64,000 bases of DNA from an uncultured Candidatus Saccharibacteria bacterium (GCA_964547425.1 CAZJNH010000004.1:7226-71225), one strand, 5' to 3'; positions 39,449 through 48,093 are shown, numbered from the stretch's first letter. Program-made: numbers and translations. Notes: generated by a model from the sequence alone, not told the origin.

Positions 39449-39988
39449 TCAAGCCCCTGGCTTTAGCTTGGCGGCAAATTTTTCCCTCAGTTTTTGTAGC
39501 TTCGGATTAATCACCAGCTGGCAGTAGGCTTGGGCGGGGTTTTTCGCAAAATAATCCTGATGGTACGCCTCAGCGGTATAAAAATGTTCGAGAGGTTTGA
39601 TTTCAGTCACGATCGGGTTTGGCCACAACTTGGCCACATCAGCTTTAGATTGCTCGGCTAATTTATGCTGCTCCTCGTCCTGATAGAAAATCACCGACCG
39701 GTACTGCGGCCCAACGTCGCTCCCTTGTCGGTTCGGAGTGGTCGGGTCGTGAATCGCCCAAAAAATGTCTAAAACATCCTCGTAGGAAATAATTTTGGGA
39801 TCGTAGAGGACTTTAACTACCTCAGCATGGCCGGTGGTTCCGGAACTAACCTGCTCGTAGGTTGGGTTCGCTTTTTGGCCGCCGGCGTAACCGGAGATGA
39901 CATCTTCGACGCCGTTAATTTGGCGAAACGAAGCGTCCAGGCACCAAAAACAACCGCCTCCCAAAATGGCGGATTCGGTAGTGCTCAT
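39449..39988 (-). CDS. msrA: Peptide methionine sulfoxide reductase MsrA
   Basis: GGCFWC, TGHAEVV, AEAYHQDY. Confidence 0.97.
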   Translation of the reverse strand: MSTTESAILGGGCFWCLDASFRQINGVEDVISGYAGGQKANPTYEQVSSGTTGHAEVVKVLYDPKIISYEDVLDIFWAIHDPTTPNRQGSDVGPQYRSVIFYQDEEQHKLAEQSKADVAKLWPNPIVTEIKPLEHFYTAEAYHQDYFAKNPAQAYCQLVINPKLQKLREKFAAKLKPGA

Positions 39989-39990
39989 GC

Positions 39991-40539
39991 TCAAACGCCA
40001 GTCCGGCCGCGATCAGGATGATCCTTGATATACCGCTGGCGGCATTCGTTAATCGCCTCGGCGACGTCTAAGGCATCGGCAATGGGCTTAAAGACAAAGT
40101 TCTCCTGCTCACCAGCGGTTTCAACTTCGATCTCACCGTAATTAAGTAAAGTAGCAAATACTCCCTTACGGGTACCACGCACGTCCTGGATTTGCTCCAG
40201 ATGCAGCTTGTTAACCGACCGGTTGAATAGTCCAATCTGGTCGATCTGCAGGTAGTGTTTGTTGGTTAAGATAATTCGGTTTTGCAGAAATATGTAGAGG
40301 GCAAAGAAGAAAGTAGCTACGGTTAAGACAGCAGCGATCATCAGAACAAAATTAATCGTTGCAGCCGAGATGGGGAGCGGCAGGCTACCCGAGTGGCCGG
40401 CCACAATAACACCGATCACCGGCAGTACCAAAAGCACAATCCCGGTGCTAATAGCAATCGGCAACAGGTTGATGATGTGACGATAGCGCACGAAGACGAT
40501 CTGCTCGTCCGGCTCAAGTTGTAGGTAGCTGGCTGTCAT
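39991..40539 (-). CDS. Membrane protein with bacterial PH domain
   Basis: 2 TM then ILTN..IQDV..LLNYGEIEVETAG. Confidence 0.85.
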   Translation of the reverse strand: MTASYLQLEPDEQIVFVRYRHIINLLPIAISTGIVLLVLPVIGVIVAGHSGSLPLPISAATINFVLMIAAVLTVATFFFALYIFLQNRIILTNKHYLQIDQIGLFNRSVNKLHLEQIQDVRGTRKGVFATLLNYGEIEVETAGEQENFVFKPIADALDVAEAINECRQRYIKDHPDRGRTGV

Positions 40540-40586
40540 AGCGAATCAAGCATAGCAAACAAGCCTGGTAGCTGGTAGGTGGGTTT

Positions 40587-41309
40587 TTACAAAGCCGTAA
40601 AGTGGATGGCGAGGTAGATTACCAGGGCGCCAAGAATGTTCATCAGTCCGGTTAGAGCTTTCGGATGGCGATGATGGCTTTCGGGCAGCAGGTCGCTGGC
40701 GCCGATATAGAGGAAGAAACCGCAGAAAAGCGCCAGGACCAAACCGAGTTGGGAATCGGATAGCGAGAAGAAAAAGGTTGAAACCACTCCCAGCACGGGC
40801 GCGGCGGCGTCAACAATCAGCCATCTCATCGCCCTTAAATTGCGGCCTTTGTGCCGCAAAACCAAGCCAACTGTATTAATTCCATCCGAGAAATCGTGGG
40901 CCAACACCGCCGCCGCCACGATCGCCCCGACCTGTGGTGAAACCTTAAACGCCAGCCCAATTCCAACTCCGTCAAGGAAACTGTGGATCGACAAGCTGGC
41001 GGCACCAAGATTGCCGCGATGGTCATGGCCTTCATCGTTATCCGAATGCGGGTGAAGTAAAAGCACCCGGTTTAAAAACATATAGGCGAAAAAACCGAGC
41101 GCGACGATCGCCGTTACAGTCGATTCCGTGTGCTGCTTCGAGCCCAAATCAAGAGCCTCCGGCAATAAGTCGAATAATGCTACGCCCATGACCGCGCCGG
41201 CGCTGAAACCAAGCACCAAATGAAGTTTATCCTGCTTCCATAAAGCAAAAATCCCGCCGATGGCGGTCGCTATAAATGCGGCAACCCCAAGAATAAGCGC
41301 CATATACAT
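40587..41309 (-). CDS. ZIP family metal transporter
   Basis: GFSAG, LLPEA, HSFLDG, AHDFSDG, His-rich loop; start uncertain. Confidence 0.9.
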   Translation of the reverse strand: MYMALILGVAAFIATAIGGIFALWKQDKLHLVLGFSAGAVMGVALFDLLPEALDLGSKQHTESTVTAIVALGFFAYMFLNRVLLLHPHSDNDEGHDHRGNLGAASLSIHSFLDGVGIGLAFKVSPQVGAIVAAAVLAHDFSDGINTVGLVLRHKGRNLRAMRWLIVDAAAPVLGVVSTFFFSLSDSQLGLVLALFCGFFLYIGASDLLPESHHRHPKALTGLMNILGALVIYLAIHFTAL

Positions 41310-41344
41310 AATTAGTATCATAGCGTATAAAGTGTCACGAAAGA

Positions 41345-42502
41345 TTAGCGGTAGTAAGTGGTTGGGTGGGCGAACGCTAAAGTACCGCCACAAATGCCGG
41401 TTTGGCGTTCGATTTTGAGCTCGGTCGTAGAGGTCATCTGGATTAGTACTCGATTATTGCCCCGCACCGGCTGAGGGCCAATGTAGTTGTTCGGACCGTT
41501 CTGGGCATAACAGTAGATGGTCGGTCCGGGAGTAACTGTGCTAAATTCCCGGCTAAGAGTGCCGGAACTACGAGGGGTAAAGTTGAGTATTCCAGTATAG
41601 CCACCCAGGGATCCCATCGAAATTGCGCCGATAGTTGGGTCAGTGTTTTGGTGGACGAGCGCCAAACTCTTAGACCAACTCTCTACCCCACTGGCTGAAC
41701 CTTTGAACGAGTACCAGTTACCCTGGAGCGTACCCGGCTTGTCCTGGTCAACCTCACCGCAAACCGGCGCAACCGTCCGCTTAAACCGGCTCATCAGCTC
41801 GGTTTTGACCGGCTCCGAGAATAAACTAATCGGGCAAACCGTGTGGTCGGCTTTGCCGTAACGTTTCGGGTTGGCATAAACCAAGGCCGGTTGCCGTTTG
41901 TCTGCGACTCCAAAATCAAAGCCGTAGGCCGCACCCTGCCCAGCCGTGCCGACGATTTCACCAGGTTGGAGTAATACGTCGGTGTCGCTGTTGCAGTAAC
42001 GGTAGGTGTCACCCGGTCTTGGATGAGTGTCCTTACAACTGCCTTTTTGGTTGCCGATCACGGCGGCTAACTTTGGGCCCAGTTTGTTGATGTGGTCAAA
42101 GTTGGCTGAAACTCCGCGGCATGGCGAGAAAAAAAGATGGTAGTCGTCGGTTCTGATCTTGCCGTTTATGTATACGGTTTGCCGGTTGGCTTGGGTGATG
42201 CGAATTTTGCCTGGAGCGCGAACGGCTATGGCCGGAGCGGTTGGGCCATGTTTGGCAAAAACATAGTAGATGTGGTCGGTTGGAACGGTGTGATCTGGAG
42301 GCCCTAGATTACCCAGCGGAACTAGGTAAGAGAAGTCTGTGGGCGCCGTTGGGGCGGTGGTAAAAACCGGGCCGTTACCGCAACCACCAAGCTCGAGTTC
42401 GGGCTTTAGCTTGGGCCAGACCAAAATACCTAGAGTAATTAGAATCACAACCGGAACCAGGAATAACCATTTCCATTTGTTACGGCGTTTCTTGGTAGCC
42501 AT
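41345..42502 (-). CDS. Membrane-anchored exported protein of unknown function
   Basis: Basic N-terminus, TM, Cys-containing soluble domain with PLGNL..H..PTDHIY. Confidence 0.75.
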   Translation of the reverse strand: MATKKRRNKWKWLFLVPVVILITLGILVWPKLKPELELGGCGNGPVFTTAPTAPTDFSYLVPLGNLGPPDHTVPTDHIYYVFAKHGPTAPAIAVRAPGKIRITQANRQTVYINGKIRTDDYHLFFSPCRGVSANFDHINKLGPKLAAVIGNQKGSCKDTHPRPGDTYRYCNSDTDVLLQPGEIVGTAGQGAAYGFDFGVADKRQPALVYANPKRYGKADHTVCPISLFSEPVKTELMSRFKRTVAPVCGEVDQDKPGTLQGNWYSFKGSASGVESWSKSLALVHQNTDPTIGAISMGSLGGYTGILNFTPRSSGTLSREFSTVTPGPTIYCYAQNGPNNYIGPQPVRGNNRVLIQMTSTTELKIERQTGICGGTLAFAHPTTYYR

Positions 42503-42578
42503 AAGCGTTATTCTACGCCCTCAGAAGCTCGGTTCCAAAGACAAAGGTTGCAAGAAATAAAAAAATTTAGTAATAATA

Positions 42579-43562
42579 ATGCTAATGCTTATATCTAAAA
42601 AGGCTCTATCAAAGGTTCTGATCGCGGTTACGGCTTCGATGTTCGCTTTAGTATTAATGGCTCGGTTCGCATTCGCTAGCAATATTTCTTACGACCCATA
42701 CGCCGACGCGGTTCAAAGTTTCTCGGCGACAGGGATCACTAACCCCGCCAACGCTGTTGGTGCGCCGGATGGTAACTACACGACGACCGCGGGAGTCAAT
42801 GCCACGGTCACCCTGGATATGGGCTTTGGCGAGGAAGGCACAGGCAATTTAAGGATTTACTTCGGTACGATCCTGGCTGGTGCAACCGTCAAAGTTGACT
42901 TCCTGAACGGCCATTTCGGCGTCATCAAAAGCAGCACCACTTCGCTGATCACTAACACCAGTGCCTCGACAAGAGACTTTCCGTTCAGCTACGCGTCAAC
43001 TCACCAGGGTTACCGCTATGTTCGGATAACCTCCCAAGCTGAAGGCGGAACAAGCTTGGATGCCATCAGGGCCCTCGCCTACGTTGGCAGTACTCCTACC
43101 GTTGACACCGACGGTGACGGTCGGGCAGACCGCTTCGAACAAACTCACGGTACCGACCCGTTGGTGTTCGATAAACCGGTCAGCGCGGGCACCGTTTCTT
43201 CCGGCGGCAACGTCATTGGTGGACCCATTTCATCGGTTACTAACAACAATAGTTCGACGAAGAACATCCTTGAACCGATTATGGATCGGCTTCAGTTCCG
43301 CAAAGGCAGCCGGGTTAACACCGTTTCACCTTCTTCCAGTTGGTGGGACCGTTTCCTGCTGACCATTAGCAGTTATGAACTTTGCTTCGAAGGCTGGTGG
43401 TTCTGGCTCTTTGTTCTAGGCCTGCTAGCTCTGTTACTGCTTGCGTACCTTGTTGGGTACATTTCCGGGGAAAACTGCGAAGCTATAGACCCTGCCAACC
43501 GCAGCGGCCGGCAGAAGTTCCTGCACCGGATGGCCCGCAAAGCCCGCAAGAACAAACTTTAG
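42579..43562 (+). CDS. Surface protein with DTDGDG Ca-binding-like motif and C-terminal TM
   Basis: Signal peptide (AFA), DTDGDGRADRFEQTHGTDP, C-terminal TM and basic tail. Confidence 0.75.
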   Translation: MLMLISKKALSKVLIAVTASMFALVLMARFAFASNISYDPYADAVQSFSATGITNPANAVGAPDGNYTTTAGVNATVTLDMGFGEEGTGNLRIYFGTILAGATVKVDFLNGHFGVIKSSTTSLITNTSASTRDFPFSYASTHQGYRYVRITSQAEGGTSLDAIRALAYVGSTPTVDTDGDGRADRFEQTHGTDPLVFDKPVSAGTVSSGGNVIGGPISSVTNNNSSTKNILEPIMDRLQFRKGSRVNTVSPSSSWWDRFLLTISSYELCFEGWWFWLFVLGLLALLLLAYLVGYISGENCEAIDPANRSGRQKFLHRMARKARKNKL

Positions 43563-43577
43563 AAAACTAAATTAACT

Positions 43578-43611
43578 AAAAAGCCCAGAACAATGTTCTG
43601 GGCTTTTTTTT
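43578..43611. terminator. Bidirectional terminator
   Basis: AAAAAGCCCAGAACA-A-TGTTCTGGGCTTTTTTTT. Confidence 0.85.
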
Positions 43612-43632
43612 GGCTCTCGGTAGTGGCGGAAG

Positions 43633-44994
43633 TCAGAACGACTCTGCAGGACCCTCGGGGTTTGAATACCAAAGATTTTCTCCTTTTGATTTTTGAGACA
43701 AAATTTTCCCAGCCTTCCTCAGTCTAAATAAGGTGTCTTTAACCATCCTGCCAGTCAATCTGAGTCCAGCTGGGGCTTCAACCGATTGCATAATCTCGTT
43801 GAACGATCGGGGCGAGCCTCCCAGTAACCCAAGTACCATAATATTTTGATCTTCTTGGGGGAAACGGTTGGCTTCGGGGGAAGCCACAGCAGCTTTGGCT
43901 ACTAGCTGCCTGACCATTTCGGGGTTGCTGATAATATCATGGGCAAGGGCTTTACCTTCAGCAAGGAAAGTCTCTTTTCGAGTCGAAAAGTTTTCCAGGA
44001 TGTTAAGTGCCTCTTGCAGGGTCTCCCTTGACTCTGGTTCAATACTGATATCTGATAACTCCTGCAGATTGTACGTAGGAATGGCTAATCCTTGGTCGCG
44101 AAATCCAGTTAGGATGTAGTTCACATTGCTCCGCAAGCTTTTTTGTTCACTGTACGTTGAGTTCTGTTCAATTACATCATTGACAATAGACTCGGTGGTT
44201 AGCTCAACTCCCTCCTGCTTTGCAAGCAAACTGTTAATACTATCCGCAACGGCTTTCGAAAGTCCTGGCTGCTCAAAGCGAGGTTCGTATTCGGTAATTG
44301 TTTCAGGAAATTCATAACTGGGTTTCAGTCCCTTTGCAGAGGTCGCATCTATTTGGATTAAGCCTACCTGCTCAAGTTGCTGTAGTTGATTTCTGACCGT
44401 ATTACGCGATCCCTGCTCAACCGAGCTATAAAGAGATGCCAGATTTATGGGTAATTCATTTGTTAGCAGCTCCCTTAGGATCTCGATACGGCGATCGGGG
44501 GATCTTTTGTCCGCAGTTTTCGAATGAGTAAGCCCAAAAACTTCTTTGAGACTTTCTTTATGCTCTGAGGAAAATTTAAGTAGGTGCCCAGCCAGCGGCA
44601 CACCAAGCTCCATACCTTTTTCAGTTACGGTGTATCTAGCTCCTTGACCTGTAATCTCCTCTTTCGCTACTAGACCTATGGGGGCAAACGAGTCCTTACA
44701 ATAATCGAACCCCAGGCTTATATTTCCTTTCCACACCAAGTCTTCACCTTGAGTGTTGCGAAAAGCTCGAGCTAGGTCGCTACGGCCAAAGTCCTTTCGA
44801 GGGTGTTCAGCCATGGCCAGGAAAATAATGGCCTTTGCCTCATGATTCCCAACGGCGGATACAAGCTGTCCAAGTTCCTGGTCACTAACACGCTCGGGTG
44901 TAGTTTCGATCTCTTCTTTTTCTAAGAGTTCAGCCGCGAGTTCGCGGTGGCTAAACTTGCTTTGCTCACCAGATTCGGATTCTTGTTCATTCAT
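43633..44994 (-). CDS. Hypothetical protein with several winged-helix-like segments
   Basis: SRNTVRNQLQQLEQVGLI and VKDTLFRLRKAGKI patterns; probable start MNEQE at 44994. Confidence 0.65.
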   Translation of the reverse strand: MNEQESESGEQSKFSHRELAAELLEKEEIETTPERVSDQELGQLVSAVGNHEAKAIIFLAMAEHPRKDFGRSDLARAFRNTQGEDLVWKGNISLGFDYCKDSFAPIGLVAKEEITGQGARYTVTEKGMELGVPLAGHLLKFSSEHKESLKEVFGLTHSKTADKRSPDRRIEILRELLTNELPINLASLYSSVEQGSRNTVRNQLQQLEQVGLIQIDATSAKGLKPSYEFPETITEYEPRFEQPGLSKAVADSINSLLAKQEGVELTTESIVNDVIEQNSTYSEQKSLRSNVNYILTGFRDQGLAIPTYNLQELSDISIEPESRETLQEALNILENFSTRKETFLAEGKALAHDIISNPEMVRQLVAKAAVASPEANRFPQEDQNIMVLGLLGGSPRSFNEIMQSVEAPAGLRLTGRMVKDTLFRLRKAGKILSQKSKGENLWYSNPEGPAESF

Positions 44995-45050
44995 TGTCCA
45001 TATGATAGCAAAAAACGACCTGCCAGGTCGTTTAAGCATAGGGGCTATGT

Positions 45051-45180
45051 CTCCGGGGGCGAGATAGCGGCTTCGCCTTCTCCGCTTCGCTACGACGAAC
45101 TCCCTGCTTCGCAGCCGAGTTCTCATCTCGGCCTGAAATCAAAAAGGTGTGGCAATGACGCGAGGTCATTTCCACACCTT
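45051..45180. repeat. tRNA-linked palindromic element with direct and inverted copies of the tRNA-Asn 3' end
   Basis: CTCCGGGGGCGAGAT at 45051-45065 repeats 45184-45198; CGAGTTCTCATCTCG at 45116-45130 mirrors the T arm. Confidence 0.65.
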
Positions 45181-45485
45181 TGGCTCCGGGGGCGAGATTC
45201 GAACTCGCGACCAATTGATTACACCGATCCCACTGTTTCCAATGAGGGTGGACTATATCATCATCCGCCGGTGGGCGGAGCGGGGCGCTTCCTCTTACGA
45301 GTACTCTCTTGCGAGATAGTCTCTGAACCTTACCCTCGCCTTTAAGAAAAAGACGAGGGGCTTGGCTGCTGATTACCTTATTCTAGGAACTTAGGTTTCC
45401 AGCAATTCACCCCGTTTTTCAAACCCGATTACTCGGGCAAGCTGCCTTTTGACAGTCAACTGCTCTACCGCTGAGCTACCCCGGA
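45181..45485 (-). tRNA. tRNA-Asn(GTT) interrupted by a group I intron
   Basis: 5' exon 45485-45452 (TCCGGGGTAGCTCAG..GACTGT) and 3' exon 45221-45181 (TAATCAA..GTTCGAATC..GCCA) join into a 75-nt cloverleaf. Confidence 0.93.
45222..45451 (-). ncRNA. Group I self-splicing intron (230 nt, no ORF)
   Basis: Core elements AATTGCTGGAAA, AATCAGCAGC, GTTCAGAGACTA, GATATAGTCC; exon-terminal U pairs with G of the IGS; terminal G. Confidence 0.93.
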
Positions 45486-45514
45486 ACGCCGAGTTATTTT
45501 ATCTTTTTTACGGC

Positions 45515-45826
45515 TTACGGTAAAGAATTGCTTACTCCAGCCTCAACTTCACGATGGCAGTTCGCGCAGAGAAGGATGCACTTATCAAGCTCCTTGAGTA
45601 TCTTTTCCCAGGATCGGGTATAACCTTTGGCGCCAATCCCAAAGTTTTTCTCCTTCGGATATAGATGATGTATTTCCAAGGCACCTTGATAATAGCCATA
45701 CCCGCAAGCCAGACATTTACCCCCCAACTCAGCGACAGCCATAGCTTTTATTTTCTTACGACGTTTACTGACGGCTTGAACCATATACTTGCGGCGGTCA
45801 GCGTAAGTTCGAGTCTCTTTTCTCAC
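45515..45826 (-). CDS. Free-standing HNH endonuclease-like protein
   Basis: GGKCLACGY..LEIHH..KCILLCANCHRE zinc-binding HNH pattern. Confidence 0.85.
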   Translation of the reverse strand: MRKETRTYADRRKYMVQAVSKRRKKIKAMAVAELGGKCLACGYGYYQGALEIHHLYPKEKNFGIGAKGYTRSWEKILKELDKCILLCANCHREVEAGVSNSLP

Positions 45827-45865
45827 ATACTAATTATATCGAGCAAACGAACGAAAAGCGAACGA

Positions 45866-46969
45866 TTATTCTAGCGATTTTTTGGCTTGGGGTAAAGGAG
45901 TTGCGGCTTGCTCGACGGCGCGATAATAGATTTCTTCGTAGCCGTCGGTCATCCGTTGGGCGTTAAAGTTCGTTAGTGCGTGTTCCCGGCAGGCTTTGCG
46001 GTTAATCCGATGGATTTTGCCGATCGCTTCCGCCATGCCTTCCTCGTCGTGGACCACGTAGCCGGTTTTGCCATCAACAATAATCTCCGGAATCGATCCC
46101 ATGTTAAACGCCACGACTGGAGAGCCGCAGGCCATCCCTTCGATCAGAGTAAGCCCAAAGGGTTCGGGCCAAGTGACCGGATGAAGCATACACAAAGCGC
46201 CGCTCATCAGCTTGGTTTTTTCGGCGTCATCGACCTCTCCGACCCATTTAACCTGGCCGTTAAGGTAAGGCTTCACATAGGTGTGGAAGTACTCCATATC
46301 GGCCGGGACGTCTTCGTTTAGCTTGGCGGCGATAATTAACGGGATTCCTAAGGCTTGGGCAACCGCGATGGCGTGGTGGGTGCCTTTTTCCATACAGATA
46401 CGCCCGACAAACAGTAAATAGTTGCCGGCTTTTTGGCCAAACGGATAATGCTGCATCGACAGGCCGTTATAAACCGTACCAGCGGTTTTGATCCGGGTGT
46501 GATGGGCCGTCTGGTTGTGTGAAATCGATACCAGATGAGGGCGGTTGAGTTCCTCGTATACCCGGTCGGTTCCGGCCTCGATCGGCCCGTGCAAGGTCAT
46601 CACCACCGGAGTTTCGGCGATGTTTGCCACCGGCAAACTTAGCATTATGTGGGCATGGTCATGGATAATGTCGAACTCTTTCTGATGTTTGTAGACCAAC
46701 CCAATATTTAACGCTGTGTAGGAGTTAACGCCGTAAAGTTCTTTGACTTTGTCTAGGCGCAAGGCGTGGGGATGAACATACACCAGTTTGGCGGAAGTAA
46801 GGGAGTCGCCGCTGGCAAATAAGGTAACTTCGTGGCCGCGGCGGACCAACTCTTCAGTTAACTCATAAACGACGCGTTCGGTCCCCCCATATTTCTGGGG
46901 CGGAACGCGTTCGACCAACGGGGCGACCATAGCGATTTTTAGTCGACGAGGCTGGGATTCTTTAGGCAT
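45866..46969 (-). CDS. Glycosyltransferase family 4
   Basis: YGGTERVV, GRICMEKG, EPFGLTLIEGM. Confidence 0.93.
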   Translation of the reverse strand: MPKESQPRRLKIAMVAPLVERVPPQKYGGTERVVYELTEELVRRGHEVTLFASGDSLTSAKLVYVHPHALRLDKVKELYGVNSYTALNIGLVYKHQKEFDIIHDHAHIMLSLPVANIAETPVVMTLHGPIEAGTDRVYEELNRPHLVSISHNQTAHHTRIKTAGTVYNGLSMQHYPFGQKAGNYLLFVGRICMEKGTHHAIAVAQALGIPLIIAAKLNEDVPADMEYFHTYVKPYLNGQVKWVGEVDDAEKTKLMSGALCMLHPVTWPEPFGLTLIEGMACGSPVVAFNMGSIPEIIVDGKTGYVVHDEEGMAEAIGKIHRINRKACREHALTNFNAQRMTDGYEEIYYRAVEQAATPLPQAKKSLE

Positions 46970-47072
46970 ATCAGCGCATTATAACCGTCCAAGCATAGCT
47001 ATCAACTGTGCATTTTTCCAACTCCTAGCCATCTCACCACTCTCATCCAAGTCGTCGCTGCGGATCAGTATT

Positions 47073-47210
47073 CTACTCCGTGGCTAAGTGCTTAGCAGAC
47101 TGGATTAGCCGCAGGACATCGACAGCCTGCACTTTATCGAGATATTTCAGATCAAAATCATAGTACCGCAGAAATCTGCGGTACCTGGCTCTGATTTTGC
47201 GCCGGTTCAC
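47073..47210 (-). CDS. Putative 45-aa basic peptide (not in ORF track)
   Basis: MNRRKIRARYRRFLRYYDFDLKYLDKVQAVDVLRLIQSAKHLATE; GTGA overlap with upstream stop. Confidence 0.45.
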   Translation of the reverse strand: MNRRKIRARYRRFLRYYDFDLKYLDKVQAVDVLRLIQSAKHLATE

Positions 47211-47350
47211 CTGGCTCCCCCTCCGGATATTTTTGCCAGTTGAGCAGCCGTAACTGCGGCCGAATCCTTTTCTTTGAGCGACTCGTAGTAGATCATGTCG
47301 TAGATCTTCGACCTAGTGCTCCTCTCGGCCTTGGTTTTTAATTTTGCCAT
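47207..47350 (-). CDS. Putative 47-aa peptide downstream of lexA (not in ORF track)
   Basis: MAKLKTKAERSTRSKIYDMIYYESLKEKDSAAVTAAQLAKISGGGAR; GAGGGG SD. Confidence 0.5.
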   Translation of the reverse strand: MAKLKTKAERSTRSKIYDMIYYESLKEKDSAAVTAAQLAKISGGGAR

Positions 47351-47379
47351 TTTTTCACCCCCTCTTTTTTACTTACTTT

Positions 47380-48003
47380 TTAATACTTGCGGATGACTCC
47401 AATCACAACGCCTTGGATTTGTAGGTTGGCGTCTTTAGGGACAATGATCGGATCCATAGTTGAGTTAGCCGGCTGTAAGCGGATGTGGTCTTTTTCTTTG
47501 TAGTAGCGTTTGAGGGTGGCTTCGCCTTCGACCAAAGCCACAACGACTTCGCCATTTGAGGGGACTTCTTTTTCCTGAATCACCACAAAGTCACCATCCA
47601 TAATGGCGTCTTCGATCATCGATTCACCTTTAACCTGCAAAACATACGAATTGCGGCGTCCGACCATAAAGGGCGGCACGTCCAAGGTTTCGGCGTGGCC
47701 GGTGACGGCTTCGATCGGCTGGCCGGCGGCGATTAAGCCGAGGATCGGCAAACCTACGGCGTGGTCTTCGTCGAACTCTTCGCGTTTGGGTTTGATTAAC
47801 TGGATGGAGCGGGCCTGGCCGACGCCTTTACCGAGATAACCTTTTTCAACCAAAGTCTCAACGTGGCTGGCGACGGTCGCGACCGAGGACATGTCGAGTG
47901 ACGCGGCGATTTCACGGTAGCTGGGCGCGTAGCCGTGCAGTTCGATGAATTGCGTGATGAAGTCCAGGACTTCTTTTTGTCTCTTTGTTAGCGGCTGTGC
48001 CAT
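47380..48003 (-). CDS. lexA: SOS repressor LexA
   Basis: PSYREIA HTH, IAAGQP cleavage site, GESM, ATLKR. Confidence 0.97.
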   Translation of the reverse strand: MAQPLTKRQKEVLDFITQFIELHGYAPSYREIAASLDMSSVATVASHVETLVEKGYLGKGVGQARSIQLIKPKREEFDEDHAVGLPILGLIAAGQPIEAVTGHAETLDVPPFMVGRRNSYVLQVKGESMIEDAIMDGDFVVIQEKEVPSNGEVVVALVEGEATLKRYYKEKDHIRLQPANSTMDPIIVPKDANLQIQGVVIGVIRKY

Positions 48004-48033
48004 TGCTTGCCTCCTGCTAGTTCTAAAAAATAA

Positions 48034-48073
48034 TGTTCGCCTTTAGTATGGCGAACAAAACCCGTAACGTCAA
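48034..48073 (-). promoter_or_regulatory. lexA promoter with palindromic candidate operator
   Basis: TTGACG-17-CATACT; TGTTCGCC-N8-GGCGAACA at 48034-48057 straddles the -10. Confidence 0.65.
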
Positions 48074-48093
48074 GACTTTTATGCTTTCTTGGA

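Noticed and set aside
45051-45198. Prophage or ICE attL/attR pair
   Set aside because: The 15-bp direct repeats enclose only about 120 bp and there is no integrase or phage gene in the window.
45840-45866. GAAC-N7-GAAC upstream of the HNH gene as a LexA box
   Set aside because: It matches the alphaproteobacterial box but not the palindrome at this lexA promoter; too short to support.
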